From: Chiloscyllium plagiosum
Lineage: Eukaryota
Direction: 5' to 3'
DNA length: 64,000 nucleotides
Assembly (NCBI RefSeq): GCF_004010195.1
Contig: NC_057711.1
Span: 71,338,511 to 71,402,510, forward strand
Shown here: positions 26,566 to 39,974 of the stretch, piece after piece
How the letters are laid out: every line of letters begins with the position of its first letter
How positions within the stretch are numbered: position 1 is the stretch's first letter
Made by a program: the position numbers and the translations under genes
Notes under the pieces: model-generated
The model's input: the letters and a program-made list of their open reading frames with translations, nothing else
Databases searched by the model: none
What the model was told of the DNA's origin: nothing

Positions 26566-27439
26566 GGCTTAGGCTCAGATAACCTTAATCACCTTCTTCT
26601 TACTGTTTCACTTACTGACTCTATGCTGAGGCATAATCTCTTTCTGGGACTTCTTTTCTGCTTTAAACTATTGTTATCTTCTTTGAATTCATACAAGAAT
26701 GTCTGAATTTTTGCTTAATTTGAATTGGAGCTTTCTGCATTCAAGATTCGACTCTTTTGCTTCCCTAGGTTGATCACAGTGTACCAAGGTATTTATTTGG
26801 GAATAGCACAACTATTTGAGAAACTAGATAATATAGACTCATGGCAAAATTTTCCAAATGCAACAGTGGTGACGTGTCTTAGAAGCCTCTCCGTTACCAG
26901 GATGGCAAGTGTTGAACTTGGACACCTCGTGCATTAGGACCATAACATCTGCATCTTAATTGGTTCAACTTTGTCCTGAACACTGGAAATCACTAAAAGA
27001 TTCCTCTCTTATGCTTTTTGTTTCTTTCAGATTGCCTCAGGTGATGTATATCCAACTCCACATCTCACTATGGCTTCAAACAGCTCAATACCAACAATTT
27101 CAAGGCCAACAATTTCCTCACTCTTCCGAAGGTTGAGAAACATCAGCTGGAAGGAGGTGTGCTCAGTGACCTGTATGGGATACTGTTACCAATGGTGCAC
27201 CATTTATGAAGAGGTTCGAATTAAACTCCCAGCTTTTATATGAGCATTGGAACCATGTCGTAAAGGGACCTTACAGGCACTCAGGAATCAATCATCGTTC
27301 ATTTGTTGTGAAGCAGTCTAGTCACACACTTCTCATGGAATGCTGCTGGCAGAAAGGATGGAATCTGGAAGATGACAAATACCGTCTGGAACTTTGGCTA
27401 TTGACATTTGTGGAATGCAAGAACAACAATAGCAGAAAG

Positions 27440-27675
27440 TCAAATTTGTACTCAATAAAAAAAACACGAGTTAAAAACTGGTCAAATGGCAATCATGTAA
27501 CCATTGTCAATTGCATTAATAACTGACATGGTTCAATAATATTCTTTAGGGAAGGAAATCTGCCATCCTTACCCGGTCTTACATATATCTGACTCAAGAG
27601 CAAACCAATGTGAACCATTCTTAACTGTTCTCTGTGTAATTAGGGCTCAGCAATAGCACCAACATCATATGAATT
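27440..27675 (+). mobile_element. Old SINE remnant (DeuSINE/SacSINE-like, tentative)
   Basis: Core ctttagggaaggaaatctgccatccttacc recognised from memory of shark SINEs. Confidence 0.5.
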
Positions 27676-28109
27676 AGTGTGGAATAAATAAACACATTTA
27701 ATGAAAGGCACCTCCGCTAAGAACAAAACAGAATACATTAGTCAATTCAAACAATCACGTATTGCCTGGAGTCTATTAGAGATACGCTGCATATCCCTAA
27801 AGTTACAATCATGTCTTATATACTTCACAATGATACTGTGTGAAGAGGAAACAATACTCAGAAGAAACAAGATAGTCAAGCAAGGCCAGAGAAGATGGAA
27901 ACAATGAAGCAGAGTTTCTTTAGCAATATTTTTGTGAAATCTTCCTAGGTTAATTGAGAACTAATTTGCTTAAGACTTGCAAATTCCCCTAGCTCAGTAT
28001 TCATGTATGAGTCACTCCAGAAACTGTTAAAACAACACCATAAGCTTACTTGTTCTGCTAATATATCTCATCCATAATTAATTCAATTTCAATGCATAAG
28101 AACTTAATA

Positions 28110-29045
28110 AACAAGAGCATGAGTAAACTGTTTGGCCCTTTGAACCTGCTCCACAATTCATTAAAATCATATCTCACCTGACTGAGGCCATTACTCCACT
28201 TACTGCCTGCCCCCCATGACACTGCCCTTGTCAATTCAAAATCTATCTAACTCAGCCTTGAACAATGACCCAGCCTCTAATACTGTCTCCTCTGCAAGAG
28301 AATTGCAAATACTAATGACCTTCTGAGAGAAAAAAAATTCTCTTCATTTCTATTTTAAATGGGAAGCCCCTTATTTTTAAACTGTTCTTCCAGCTCTAGA
28401 TTCGCCCATTTGAGTACACCTCCTTTCAGCACCTACCTTGTCAAATCCCCTCAGCAGCTTATGCATTTTAATATGATCACCTCTCATTCCTCTAAACGCC
28501 AATTAATCTAAGTCTGCTCTACATTTCATCACAAGGAAACCCCTTCAACCCTGGAATCAGTGTAATGAACCTTCTCTGAATTGCTTCCAATGCAAGTACT
28601 TTCCTCCTTAAGTGACAAAAACTGTACATAGTATTCTACGTGTCATCTCACCAATGCCATGTACGCTTTTAACAAGATTTCCCTATATTTATACTCCAAT
28701 AATTCTGAAGAAAGGTCACTGGACTCAAAATTTAACTCTCTTTCTCTCCACAGATGCTGCCAAACCTGATGAATTTCTCCAGCATTTTCTGTTTTGCTCA
28801 TTGTATAATCAACCTGCCTTGCAATAAAGGTCATTGTTCAGTTTGTCTCCTGAATTATTTGCAAATCCTGCTAACAATTTGTGATTAATGTGCAAGGACA
28901 CAGTATCATTCTGCTCTGGAGCACTCTGCAATCTCTCTCCATTTAAATAACATTATGCTTTTCCACTCTGTCAATGTTGACTTCATATATTTCAGTATTA
29001 TATTTTGTGACAATATTTTGCTCATTCACTTAAGCTATCTATATC
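28110..29045 (-). mobile_element. Old CR1 fragment with a nested short pLTR-derived unit (~28700-28800)
   Basis: Degenerate CR1 ORF2 C-terminus; insert ctgaagaaaggtcactggactc...ccacagatgctgcc. Confidence 0.7.
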
Positions 29046-29591
29046 CCTTTTTACCATACTTGTCTCATAATATATTGGCTGGTTCAAAACAGCCTGCCTG
29101 TGATCAGATTCAGAATGTGTTCTGAGAACCTCCAGACTATCTTTGCCAATTTAATTTCAATGTGAAGATTACAGTTATCCATGATTATTGCAATGGTTTT
29201 CTTAGAAGGCACTATTATTTCTCAATATGTATTCTGTCCTAGTAGATACTATTAAGGAGAATATACATTACTCATACAAGTGTTGGATTTTTAGGATTTG
29301 TGATCACAGTTACCTAATGTAGGCAGTTGACTATTTGTCAGCAATTTTCAAATGCGTTATTAAATTTACTAAAATGCAGCAGTTTTGATTTTATTCAATT
29401 AAGCAAAGTAAAGAAATATATTACTTATGAAATATGCAAACATTTTACCAATCCCCAAGCCAATCTATCAAATGGAGGGTCTGGGTCGCAGTGAGGGAGT
29501 GTTCATCCTTGATATCTTGTAACCTTTGATAATAATAACATATTTTCCCCTCGGGCCAAAGTAGGGGAAACCCTGATCTTGTCCCAAGAAA

Positions 29592-31626
29592 ATAAGACCA
29601 TAAGACATAGGAGCGGAAGTAAGGCCATTTGGCCCATCGGGTCCACTCCGCCATTCAATCATGGCTGATGGGCATTTCAACTCCACTTACCCGCATTCTC
29701 CCCGTAGCCCTTAATTCCTTGTGACATCAAGAATTTATCAATTTCTGCCTTGAAGACACTTAGCGTCCAGCCTCCACTGCACTCTGGGGCAATGAATTCC
29801 ACAGGCCCACCACTCTCTGGCTGAAGAAATATCTCCGCATTTCTGTTCTGAATTTACCCCCTCTAATTCTAAGGCTGTGTCCGCGGGTCCTAGTCTCCTC
29901 GCCTAACTGAAGCAATTTCCTCGCGTCTTCCCTTTCCAAGCCATGTATTATCTTGTAAGTTTCTATTAGATGTCCCCTTAATCTTCTAAACTCCAATGAA
30001 TACAATCCCAGGATCCTCAGCCGTTCCTCATATGTTAGACCAACCATTCCAGGGATCATCCGTGTGAATCTCCGCAGGACACGCTCCAGTGCCAGTATGT
30101 CCATCTTGAGGTGTGGGGACCAAAACTGGACATAGTACTCCAAATGGGGCCTAACCAGAGCTTTATAAATCTCAGGAGCACATCAGTGCTTTTATATTCC
30201 AACCCTCTTGAGATAATTGACAACATTGCATTCGCTTTCTTAATCATGGACTCAACCTGCATGTTTACCTTTAGAGAATCCTCAACTAGCACTCCCAGAT
30301 CCCTCTGTACTTTGGCTTTACGAATTTTCTCACCTTTTAGAAAGTAATCCATGCTTCTAAGCTTTTTTCCAAAGTGCAAGACCTCGCATTTGCTCACATT
30401 GAATTCCATCAGCCATTTCCTGGACCACTCCTCCAAACTGACTAGATCCTTCTGCAGCCTCCCCACTTCCTCAGTACTACCTGCCTGTCCACCTAACTCT
30501 GTATCATTGGCAAACTTCGCTAGAATGCCCCCAGTCCCTTCATCCAGATCATTAATATATAATGTGAACAGCTGCGGCCCCAACACTGAACCCTGCGGGA
30601 CACCGCTTGTCACCGGCTGCCATTCCGAAAAAGAACCTTTTATCCCAACTCTCTGCCTTCTGTCAGACAGCCAATCCTCAATCCATACCAGTAACTCACC
30701 TCGAACACCATGGGCCCTCACCTTGCTCAGCAGCCTCCCGTGTGGCACCTTGTCAAAGGCCTTTTGGAAATCTAGGTAGACCACATCCACTGGGTTTCCC
30801 CAGTCTAACCTATTTGTTACCTCTTCAAAAAACTCCAACAGGTTTGTCAGGCACGATCTCCCCTTACTAAATCCATGTTGACTTGTTCTAATCCGACCCT
30901 GCTCTTCCAAGAATTTAGAAACCTCATCCTTAATGATGGATTCTAGAATTTTACCAACAACTGAGGTTAGGCTAATTGGCCTATAATTTTCCAACTTTTG
31001 TCTTGATCCTTTCTTGAACAAGGGGGTTACAACAATGATCTTCCAATCATCCGGGACTTTCCCTGACACCAGTGACTTTTGAAAGATCTCAACCAACGCC
31101 TCCACTATTTCCTCAGCCACCTCCCTCAGAACACTAGGATGTANNNNNNNNNNNNNNNNNNNNNNNNNNNNNNNNNNNNNNNNNNNNNNNNNNNNNNNNN
31201 NNNNNNNNNNNNNNNNNNNNNNNNNNNNNNNNNTTTCTCTCTTTGTTTTCCTCTGTTTGTTTTTGTAGCCTTCCCAATTTTCTGATTTCCCAGTGCTCTT
31301 GGCCCCTTTATAGGCTCTCTCTTTTTCTTTCATAGATTTCCTGACTTTCTTTGTCAGCCATGGCTGTCTAATCCCTCCCTGGATAATCTTTCTCTTCTTG
31401 GGGATGAACCTCTGTACAGTGTCCTCAATTTTACCCACAAACTCCTGCCACTTTTGCTCTGCTGTCTTCCCTGCTAGGCTCTGCTTCCAGTCTATTTTCG
31501 TCAGTTCCTCTCTCATGCCCTCATAATTACCTTTATTTAACTGTAACACCATTACATCCGATTTTGCCTTCTCTCTTTCAAACTGCAGACTGAACTCTAC
31601 CATATTATGATTGCTGCTTCCTAATG
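29592..31626 (-). mobile_element. Young 5'-truncated CR1 LINE, ORF2 with RT domain, defective
   Basis: 536-aa and 127-aa ORFs: NYRPISLTS, SQHGF, YLDFQKAFDKV, GVPQGSVLGP, YINDLD. The catalytic FADD reads FAND and there is a frameshift near 30160. Confidence 0.95.
31144..31233. other. Assembly gap (90 N)
   Basis: Run of N. Confidence 1.
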
Positions 31627-32059
31627 GTGGCTTGTTGCACTGGATTTTCTCTCTCTCTCTTCCCACCTCTCCCTGGTGATATGATTTAATTTGGTAGCTG
31701 GAGATCTATGTTGTGTCCATCATCTGTCTGAACCTTCTCAGCTAATGACCACGTACTCATGATGTCAGAATGGTCATTGTCCCCTTGCTGCCTTCATCTG
31801 AGAAGTAGGTTAACGTTCTTTCTTAGAACAAAATCATCTTATTTTCCCAAATAATACACTGACAATAGAGCAAATGGGGCACCAGATAAATTGTTGTCAC
31901 GAGTTAAATGGGGCATGGTGACCTCAGTTATTCATCTCTTTTTTTTCAATGTGCAGGAAATTTGGAAAGTTAATTACTGCTGTAATAGCCGTTATATGAA
32001 ATCTCTTGCTATTTAGAAAATATTCAAAAAATTCAGTTTTAAAGGGATCTAATTTCCAA

Positions 32060-32530
32060 CACCAGTGCTTTATTTCCTTTCCTATTTCTTCTCTCGACTC
32101 AAGTTGATCCAAATTCTTGATGTCCTGAATCTAGGCAAGACCTCAGCACTGTACTGATTTCATATTTGAGTAACAGAACTACTGAATTTCCTTTTCTTTT
32201 CCTCCTGTCCTTCTGAAATGCAAAATACCTTTGAACAGCCTTGGTCACATTGCAATCATTTTGTAATCGCTATCATATCATACTCATTTACTTCCATTTA
32301 TACTTTCAGTTCATGCTTCATGTTATTAATGCTGTGATCATTCAGATGAAGATTCTTTAATTCTGTATTTTTATATTTTTTTAACTCTCAATCTGACTTT
32401 GTTTGCCTGTGCATTGTTATGTTTGAGTGCTCTGTTACTTTTTGTCACCTTCTGATTATCATTACCCAATTCATTACACTCAGTAATATCTTATCTTTCT
32501 TTAACCTTCCAAATCTCCCCCATATGAACA
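32060..32530 (-). mobile_element. Old CR1 endonuclease N-terminal remnant
   Basis: Minus-strand tatgatatgatagcgattacaaaatgattg resembles YDIIAITETWL. Confidence 0.5.
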
Positions 32531-32794
32531 CTCCATTTGCAAAGACAATAGGAAAAAGAAATTAGAGGAAGTCTGTGACAATCTATGATGTAGAGGTACT
32601 AGATATGTTTCAAAATGTCAGAATGTGTAAATTAAAGACTAATTAGCTGGACAAAGAAAAAGGTCAAGAAATGGAAAGCAACCCATAAATTTGCTACTTT
32701 CCTCCAATAGGAAATACAAAATGATGATACACTATATTCAACTCTTCATGGCTTGATCAGTGTATGACAGATCACTTAGAAAGTTTGTTTGACA

Positions 32795-33575
32795 GCATTA
32801 CACACATACACACACACTCTTACACATGATCACACTCATACACCCACACAGACCCTCTCTCATACACACGCTCTCTCTCAGACATACACACCTACACTCA
32901 TACTCACATGCACACTCTCTCACAGGCATATACTCCGTCACACTCAAGCACACAATCAAGCACGCACACATGCACACACATACACTCACACACTCTCTCC
33001 CTTTCTCCCACACACACATTCTCTTTCTCTCCCTCACACACACACAAAACCATGCACACGCCCATGTAAATCTGTTGGGTGAATTTGCATTTGCAGATAT
33101 TTTCTATTTTGTTCAAAAAGCACACAGTCTATGTGACATGTTATAAATTCCTATTTGGAAATAGAACCAGTCTGACTCAAGTTTCGGGTACAGACAGACT
33201 CTAACCTCACACTTTTAATGCCTTCTCTGAACTGAGATGTCACCTTTATTTTAATAAAACCTTTAGTTATCTTGAGACTGTGACTTGAAAGAAGTTTTGG
33301 GATTTACATATTAATCACTTGAAACCTGCAACCCATTCTAAGTTATTAAAGAGTTAACAGCAATCTAGGTTTGCTCAATACTTTGCATCAGTTGTATGAC
33401 ACTTTCATCTTTTAATATAAATTTTGTGACCTATGATCCTGACCCACTAGCTACCTGACGAAGGAGCAGAGCTCCAAAAGCTTGTACTTCCAAATAAATC
33501 TGTTGGCCTATAACCTGGTGTTTTGTGATTTTTAGCTTTGACCACAAGTCCAACATCAGCATCTTCACATCATCA
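32795..33575 (+). mobile_element. PLE-derived element: degenerate (CA)n region plus pLTR with hammerhead
   Basis: CA/CT-rich tract 32798-33060, then an AT-rich body, the hammerhead at 33452-33486 and an AATAAA-containing tail. Confidence 0.7.
33452..33486 (+). ncRNA. Minimal hammerhead ribozyme motif (PLE family C), G12>A inactivated
   Basis: tac-CTGACGA-a-GGAGC-aga-GCTCC-aAAA-G-CTT-gta; palindromic stem III AAGCTT. Confidence 0.7.
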
Positions 33576-34097
33576 TTTACTTTGACATTAATTTCACAGT
33601 CAAAACCTATTGATAGTGATAGAGGGTTGAACTGCCTTTCCATCACACGACTAACCAAGAATCGCTCTGATTTTACTGCCTGCTATGTTAGCAGGATTTG
33701 TACGTTGATAGTTAGGCCACATAATGAACAAGCATGTGTCTCACATGTCACAAATGCCTCAAGTGTTTGGCAGAAGAGTCAGTAACGGGGATACAGATTT
33801 AAGGTAATTGGTGAAAAAGAATGACAAAGAAGACGAGAAGATTTTTTTTCACAGTAAGTTAAGATTGGGAATGCATTGATGAAAATGTCAATAGTAATTT
33901 TCTAAAGGTAGTTGAATGAGTACTTGAAAAGAAAAAAAAATCAGGTTCTGGATAAAGAATAAATACACAAGACTTGTACACAAGACTTTGGAAGATTGCT
34001 CTTCCAAAGAGTCAGTACTTTAATGGGAGCCTGAAAGGTAATTTTCTGTGCCGTGTGACTGCATTTCTGTTGTTTTTACCATTTGCTCCCTCAATAT

Positions 34098-34411
34098 GAT
34101 TAGATTCCCTACAGTGTGGAAACAGGCCCTTCGACCCAACAAGTTCACACCAACCCTCTGAAGAGTAACCCACCCAGACCCATTTCCCTCTGACTAATGC
34201 ACCTAACACTATGGACAATTTAGAATGGCCAATTCAGCTGACCTGCACATCCTATGAACTGTTGGAGGAAACCAGAGCACCCGGAAGGAAGCCATGCAGA
34301 CATGGGGAGAATGTGCAAACTCCACACAGACAGTCACCCAAGGCTGGAATCAAACCTGGGTCCCTGGCACTATGAGGCAGCAGTGCTAACCTCTGAGCCA
34401 CCATGCCACCC
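34098..34411 (-). mobile_element. HE1-like SINE
   Basis: Full head and body with an (ATTAG) tail. Confidence 0.88.
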
Positions 34412-34760
34412 CATTAGATCATTAAATCTGTCTCCTTTGAGGAATCTGCTTCCACAAAAGACATTAGGAATGGGTGAGTTCCTGGTCCTTCATTATCTAA
34501 CTCAGAGAAATGTTGATCCATTTATTTGGTGTGTGTCTTGCCTTTAGCAGGGGATTTGTACCTAATAAGACAATACTTATGTTAGCTCCCATAACACAAG
34601 AACTAGAATAAAACAAAGAACTACAGATGGTACAGATCTGAAACAGAAACAGAAATAGCTGGTGTAACTCAGCAGGCCTGGCAGCATCTGTGGGAAGAAA
34701 GCAGAGTCCAGGACTCTTCATCAGAACATAAGAACGAGACATGATCTGAAATATTCAATT

Positions 34761-34911
34761 GATTAGATTAGATTAGATTCCCTTCAGTATGGAAACAGGC
34801 CCTTAGGCCCAACAAGTCCACACTGACTCTCCAAAGAGTAACCCATCCAGACCCATTCCCCTACCCTATATTTATTGCTGTCTTGGCAATTTAGTATGGC
34901 CAACTCACCTG
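34761..34911 (-). mobile_element. HE1-like SINE, 3' part
   Basis: gattagattagattagattccc tail plus partial body. Confidence 0.8.
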
Positions 34912-36089
34912 AACTTGTCCTTCCAAATAAATCTGTTGAACTATAACCTGATGTTGTGTGAATTTTAACTTCCTATTTTACTGCCTGCTATGTTAGCAGG
35001 ATGAGTACATTGATAGTCAAATAATTAGGTCACATAATGAACAAACATGTGTCTCACATGTCACAACTGCCTCAAGTGTTTGGCAGAAGAATCAGTAACC
35101 AGGGATACAGATTTAAGGTAATTGGTGGAAAAAATGAGAAAGAAGACGAGAAGATTTTCTTTTTTCACAGTAAGTTAAGATGGAGAATGCATTGATAGAA
35201 ATCTCAATAGTAATATTCTGAAGGGAGTTGAATTAGTACTTGAAAAGAAAAAAGATGAGACTCTGAATTTGTTACATATATTTATATAACAGTCACAGGC
35301 GCTTCAGTGACTGGGTTAATATTAAACTATTCAGCTACAAACAGGGGCACATTTTCATCAGTGAATCATGTTTTAAATGATCTTAGTTAAGATGGAGTCA
35401 GAAATCGTCACAGTTTCGGATCACATGCTATGATATGATGATGATATTATGGGCATGTCTCTCAAAGCTGTACTAACATCTATCTGTGAGACATGTCTAC
35501 ATTGCATTTCCTCCAAGACCATAAATCTCCTCACTGTCTCCTGTACTGCTCCGAATTCTCCATCACATCCAAACCCCACCCACCACACAGCATTCCTAGT
35601 AATTCAGAATACTGGGAGAGCAACACTAAGCTCCAGGAAACAATTTCAGTGAGAATTCTCTGAATATTGACTTCCTTAAGGAAGTCGAGCCGTTGACAAG
35701 GCATCACATCCAGGATGAACTGTTTCTATAGCCCAAACCCCACCTCTTGAAGATATCTCGAGGCTTTGATCTGTACTGGGGCAGCCATCTTAAGAAGATC
35801 AGTCTGAAAGCTCAGTGTTGAACCATACGAACCAGTCTTTACTGATCACAGGGAGGGAGAGAGACACTGAGCTCAGAGTTCATCCCTTAAATTGTACTGT
35901 TAACAACAGCACTAATATCCCAGTTACAATAATGTTCTCTGATTATTGGAATAGAATAGAATCCCTACAATGTGGAGACAGGCTATTTGATCAACACTAT
36001 TGGTACCTCAGATTTTGGTTGAGAGTATCCTTTCATCCGAAGCTGTTAATGGAAGGAGGGGCAGTACCTGTTTATAATATATATAAATA

Positions 36090-37030
36090 ATCTAGAGGGA
36101 AATGTTGGTGGTCTTATTGGTAGGATTGCAGGTGACATCAAAATTGGTGGAGTTGCAGATTGTCAGGAGGATTGTCAAAGGATACATATCGATACAGTGC
36201 AGATTTGGTCAGAGAAATAGCGATGGAGTTTAATCTGGCCAAATGCGAGGTAATGCAATTTGGAAGATCAAATTCAGTTGCGACTCATAACAATAAATGA
36301 CAGAACCCTGAGGAGCATTGACATACAGAGGGATCTTGGCTTGCATATCCACAGATCTGAAAGTGGCAACTCAGGTGGGGAAATTGGTCAAGAAGGCGTA
36401 CAGCACTTTGCCTTCATTGGCCAGGGAACCGAATATAAAAGTTGACAATTTATGTTACAACTGTTTAAAACTTTAGTTAAGCCACATTTAGAATATTGCA
36501 TACAGTTCTGATCAGCACACTACCATAAGGATGTGGATGTTTTAGAGAGAGTGCAGAGAAGGTTTACTAGTCTACCGCCCCGGGTCTGTAGGGTTTTAGT
36601 CATGAGAAGTTGGATAAACTCAAGATTGTTTTCACTGGAAAGACAGAGGCTGATGGGCGACCTGCAGAGATCTACAAAATTATGTGAGGCATAGATTGGG
36701 TGAATAGTTAGGCTTTTTTTCCCAAGATGGGAAGGACAACTATAAGAGGACATAGGTTCAAAGTGAGAGGGGGAAATTTTAGGGGAGAAAAGCGGGGCAA
36801 ATGTTTCACACAAAGGGTGGTGGGTGCCTGAAACTCACTGCCTGTAGAGTTGGTGGAAGCTGTCACATTAGCAATGTTTAAGGCGTATTTTGCTAGTCAC
36901 ATGAATGGGAGGTGAACAGAGGGATAGAAGCTGTGTATGGCCAATAAGTAACAGATCTAAATAAGGATTAGGAATTGGAGCAGGTTTGGTGAGCCAAAAG
37001 GCCTGTTCCCATGCTGTATTGTATGGTATA
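36090..37030 (+). mobile_element. CR1 3' fragment
   Basis: Remnants of RIAGDIKIGG, QRDLGLHIH, LVKPHLEYC and FTQRVVGA plus a 3'UTR. Confidence 0.85.
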
Positions 37031-39974
37031 AAATTCATTAGAACATTTGCAGAGGACGGGAATTGCAGATGCAGATACACTGCACTGGTGTAATTATGCC
37101 CTGGTAGGAAATGGAATCTATCTCCTTTTGGACTCTATACTTCAACACAGGGACACAAATTGCACTGACAACACATCAATAGTTTGTAAATGAGGGGACA
37201 ATGATGGATCCCTTCTATGAAATGGAAATGTGAAATGTGTAGAGCAAATGAATTTGTGCCACTGATGCACTCTCAGTAGAATTTCAGACAGTCTGTTTTG
37301 ACTTGTGTGCCATTCTGGTTGCCAAAGATTCTATATTATTGCAACAGTGTGTGAGTACAAGGCTCCAATTCTGACCCATACTTTGATTCCACATTTATTA
37401 CTCAATACTTTCTTTTTGAATACCATTACTCATGCTCCACACAAGCCATACAATTGAAAAAGTTGAAATCTTTGGGTCAGGCCTAATCTGATTAGTATTA
37501 TTCTTTAATTACTTTATTATTAATTTATATTCAGAACTAATATTCTGACAATATATATATAATTCACAGCTGTGTACATTGAATAATAACTTTGGCATTT
37601 TGTTCAAAGGAAACTGAAATAGAGCCCAAGTGCATCTCTATTCATACCTTCTCAAGAAACATGTTTCACAAGTAGATAGTTTTTATAATCTCTTATCCTC
37701 TGAATGCGTGATTTAATTATGGAAAAGGTAGAGCTTCTTATTTTTAATCATTCATAGAAATTGACTGTTCTTATCACTGAGGTTTTTGTAAACAGGCTTC
37801 ACTGCCGACACGGGATTATTGAATAAATATCACAGAGGCAGAAATTATTGATAGTAGGCTAAAGAATCAATGTATCCTTAAAATTAACAGTTTTCAGAAA
37901 ATTTAATACAACTTAAGCTTTATCTAAAATTATGCATTTGGGTCACTTTACAGACCAGCTAATATGGTTTAGGATCAACAAGCTTCTTTCACATCTATTA
38001 TACTGCAAAACCAGCATATTTAAGTAACTTGATCTTGCAGTGAATTCTTGATGCATGAGTGCCAAAAGAACCAGGAGTATATTCACCATTGACTCTAACT
38101 CCTAAAGCAATGCTGGTTAAAACAGGAATGCATCAAAATTGCAAGAAAGTGAGAAGGTGCAGCGCGTGATAAGTTTAGTTTTAAGAAGCTAGCCATAAAT
38201 TGAATTGTTGTAAATCATCCAAACAGATCCTAGACCAAAACAGTTAACAAAGTAGCTGCTGGCAACAAGTCACTCCAGTGAAACCTGATGCAGCTGAGGT
38301 ATTACCAGTGGCTCTGTGGAATTTCAGGACCAATAATATTTAACTACCCCTCTGCATACAAAGCTTCTGAGGCTGACATGACCCTGAAGCTTTCTGTTTA
38401 AAAAAACCTGACTAACTGCCAATGTCTCTGTTTTTCATCTCTGTGTCAGACAGCTGCTGCCAAGTATTCGGGACCAGAAACTCACATGAGCCGTGCGTTG
38501 ATTGTCAAGGCAGGCTAATGGATTGATTGACCTCAAACAATGGACAGAATTTAGGATGTGCCTGTTAGAGCAAGCCGGATGACAGGAATGCGGGAGAATT
38601 GCATGAAACAGCTGGGTCTATCTCTCAGAGGCAGGAAAAATGTCCTGTACTTAGTGAGAGGTGAGTAGGGGCTGAAACCCACCTACTAGTGCCAGGAGGA
38701 CAGTTAGACATAATCACTTACCCAATTACTTTTGAGGCAACTGGGATTGAGTGGTGACCCAAGAATCAGACAGAATTCAAAGTGATGTCCCATTTCCCCA
38801 GTACTTTTCCCAACCTGTGAGACTTAATTGCACCGAAGACCTGAAGCTGACCAGATAAGGATCAGTGTTGAGCTTCCTGAAGAAAGATGACATGGAATTC
38901 TTGAAAGTTCTCCAAATGATGATGGAAATTTGATGCCAAAACTAAATTCCTCCCCCAGATCCTTTCTTCTCTCCACAGATGCTGCCTAACCTGTGTGTTT
39001 CCAGCATATTCTCTCCTTCTAACAGATTGCTTGTTATTTACAGCTTTTGGAAAACCACTTCAGAATGTAATTAATTGGTATTTTGTCCATTTTGTTTTGA
39101 CTTTGCATCTTTTTAAGACTTGTGAAAACATACTTTGCTTTTCAATACTCAAGGGTATCCTAAAACATCACAGAAATACTTGCTCCCTTTTTCATTTCTC
39201 TGTTGTATTCATCATACATAGGCAATCTGATTAAATTGCTTTAGATTGTGGTTATCAGCATTGCCCTGTCCTGTAACTTTGCCACCAATTTGCTTTCAAA
39301 TTGGACAGAATGTTTTAAGGTGAGTTATCTGGGAATATTTACATCTTAATAACCTTAATATTTTGCAAATCAAATGTTAGAATTCAACACAAAGCTTCCT
39401 TTGCCTCTCCTTAATCTTGTCTCTTTTCTAATCTTGGATTGAATGAATTATGGCAATGCTATTAATCTGCTTTCTGTGTTTCTCTTCCCTCTTGTTCTAC
39501 AATTTCCCTTACACTGTTAACAACACAGCTGAGATTGGGTACTTGGACGTGAGGGATTACAGGTATAAATTCCTACTCTGTCACACTATGAAATAGTTTA
39601 AACATCAATATGCCAGGCTGTTTTGAAGACATTTTTCAAAAGTTTGTTGTTTTTCTTTAGCAATCTAGTGAATGTGTTCAAAAATAATTTTAAAAGGCTA
39701 CCCTTCATTCCAAGGGGGCTGGATTACAAAGGGACGGAGGTTATGTTCAAGATGTGTTAAGTTCTGATCAGAGCAGCTCATTTAGAATGCAGCATTCAAT
39801 TCTGTACATCAGGAGTGATATACCAGCCTGGCAGAATTGTGTGGGGGATGGTAGGGAGGGGGTAACTAGGCATTAACTTTACTCCAAAGCAACTCTTTCA
39901 CTGAATGCACCATTATTGGATTGGGTGGCACAAATATCTAAAAAAGAAACCAATAGTAATTTTGTAGTACAGAC

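Larger units (their letters stand above)
33670..35253 (+). repeat. Older local duplication: 33670-33935 vs 34975-35253 (also 33481-33537 vs 34913-34971)
   Basis: Colinear direct match starting ttttactgcctgctatgttagcaggat, roughly 85-90% identical by eye. Confidence 0.9.

Noticed and set aside
30111..30870. Plus-strand ORFs of 78-142 aa
   Set aside because: Antisense shadows of CR1 ORF2.
32789..33146. His/Thr- and Cys/Val-rich ORFs
   Set aside because: Translations of a degenerate (CA)n tract.
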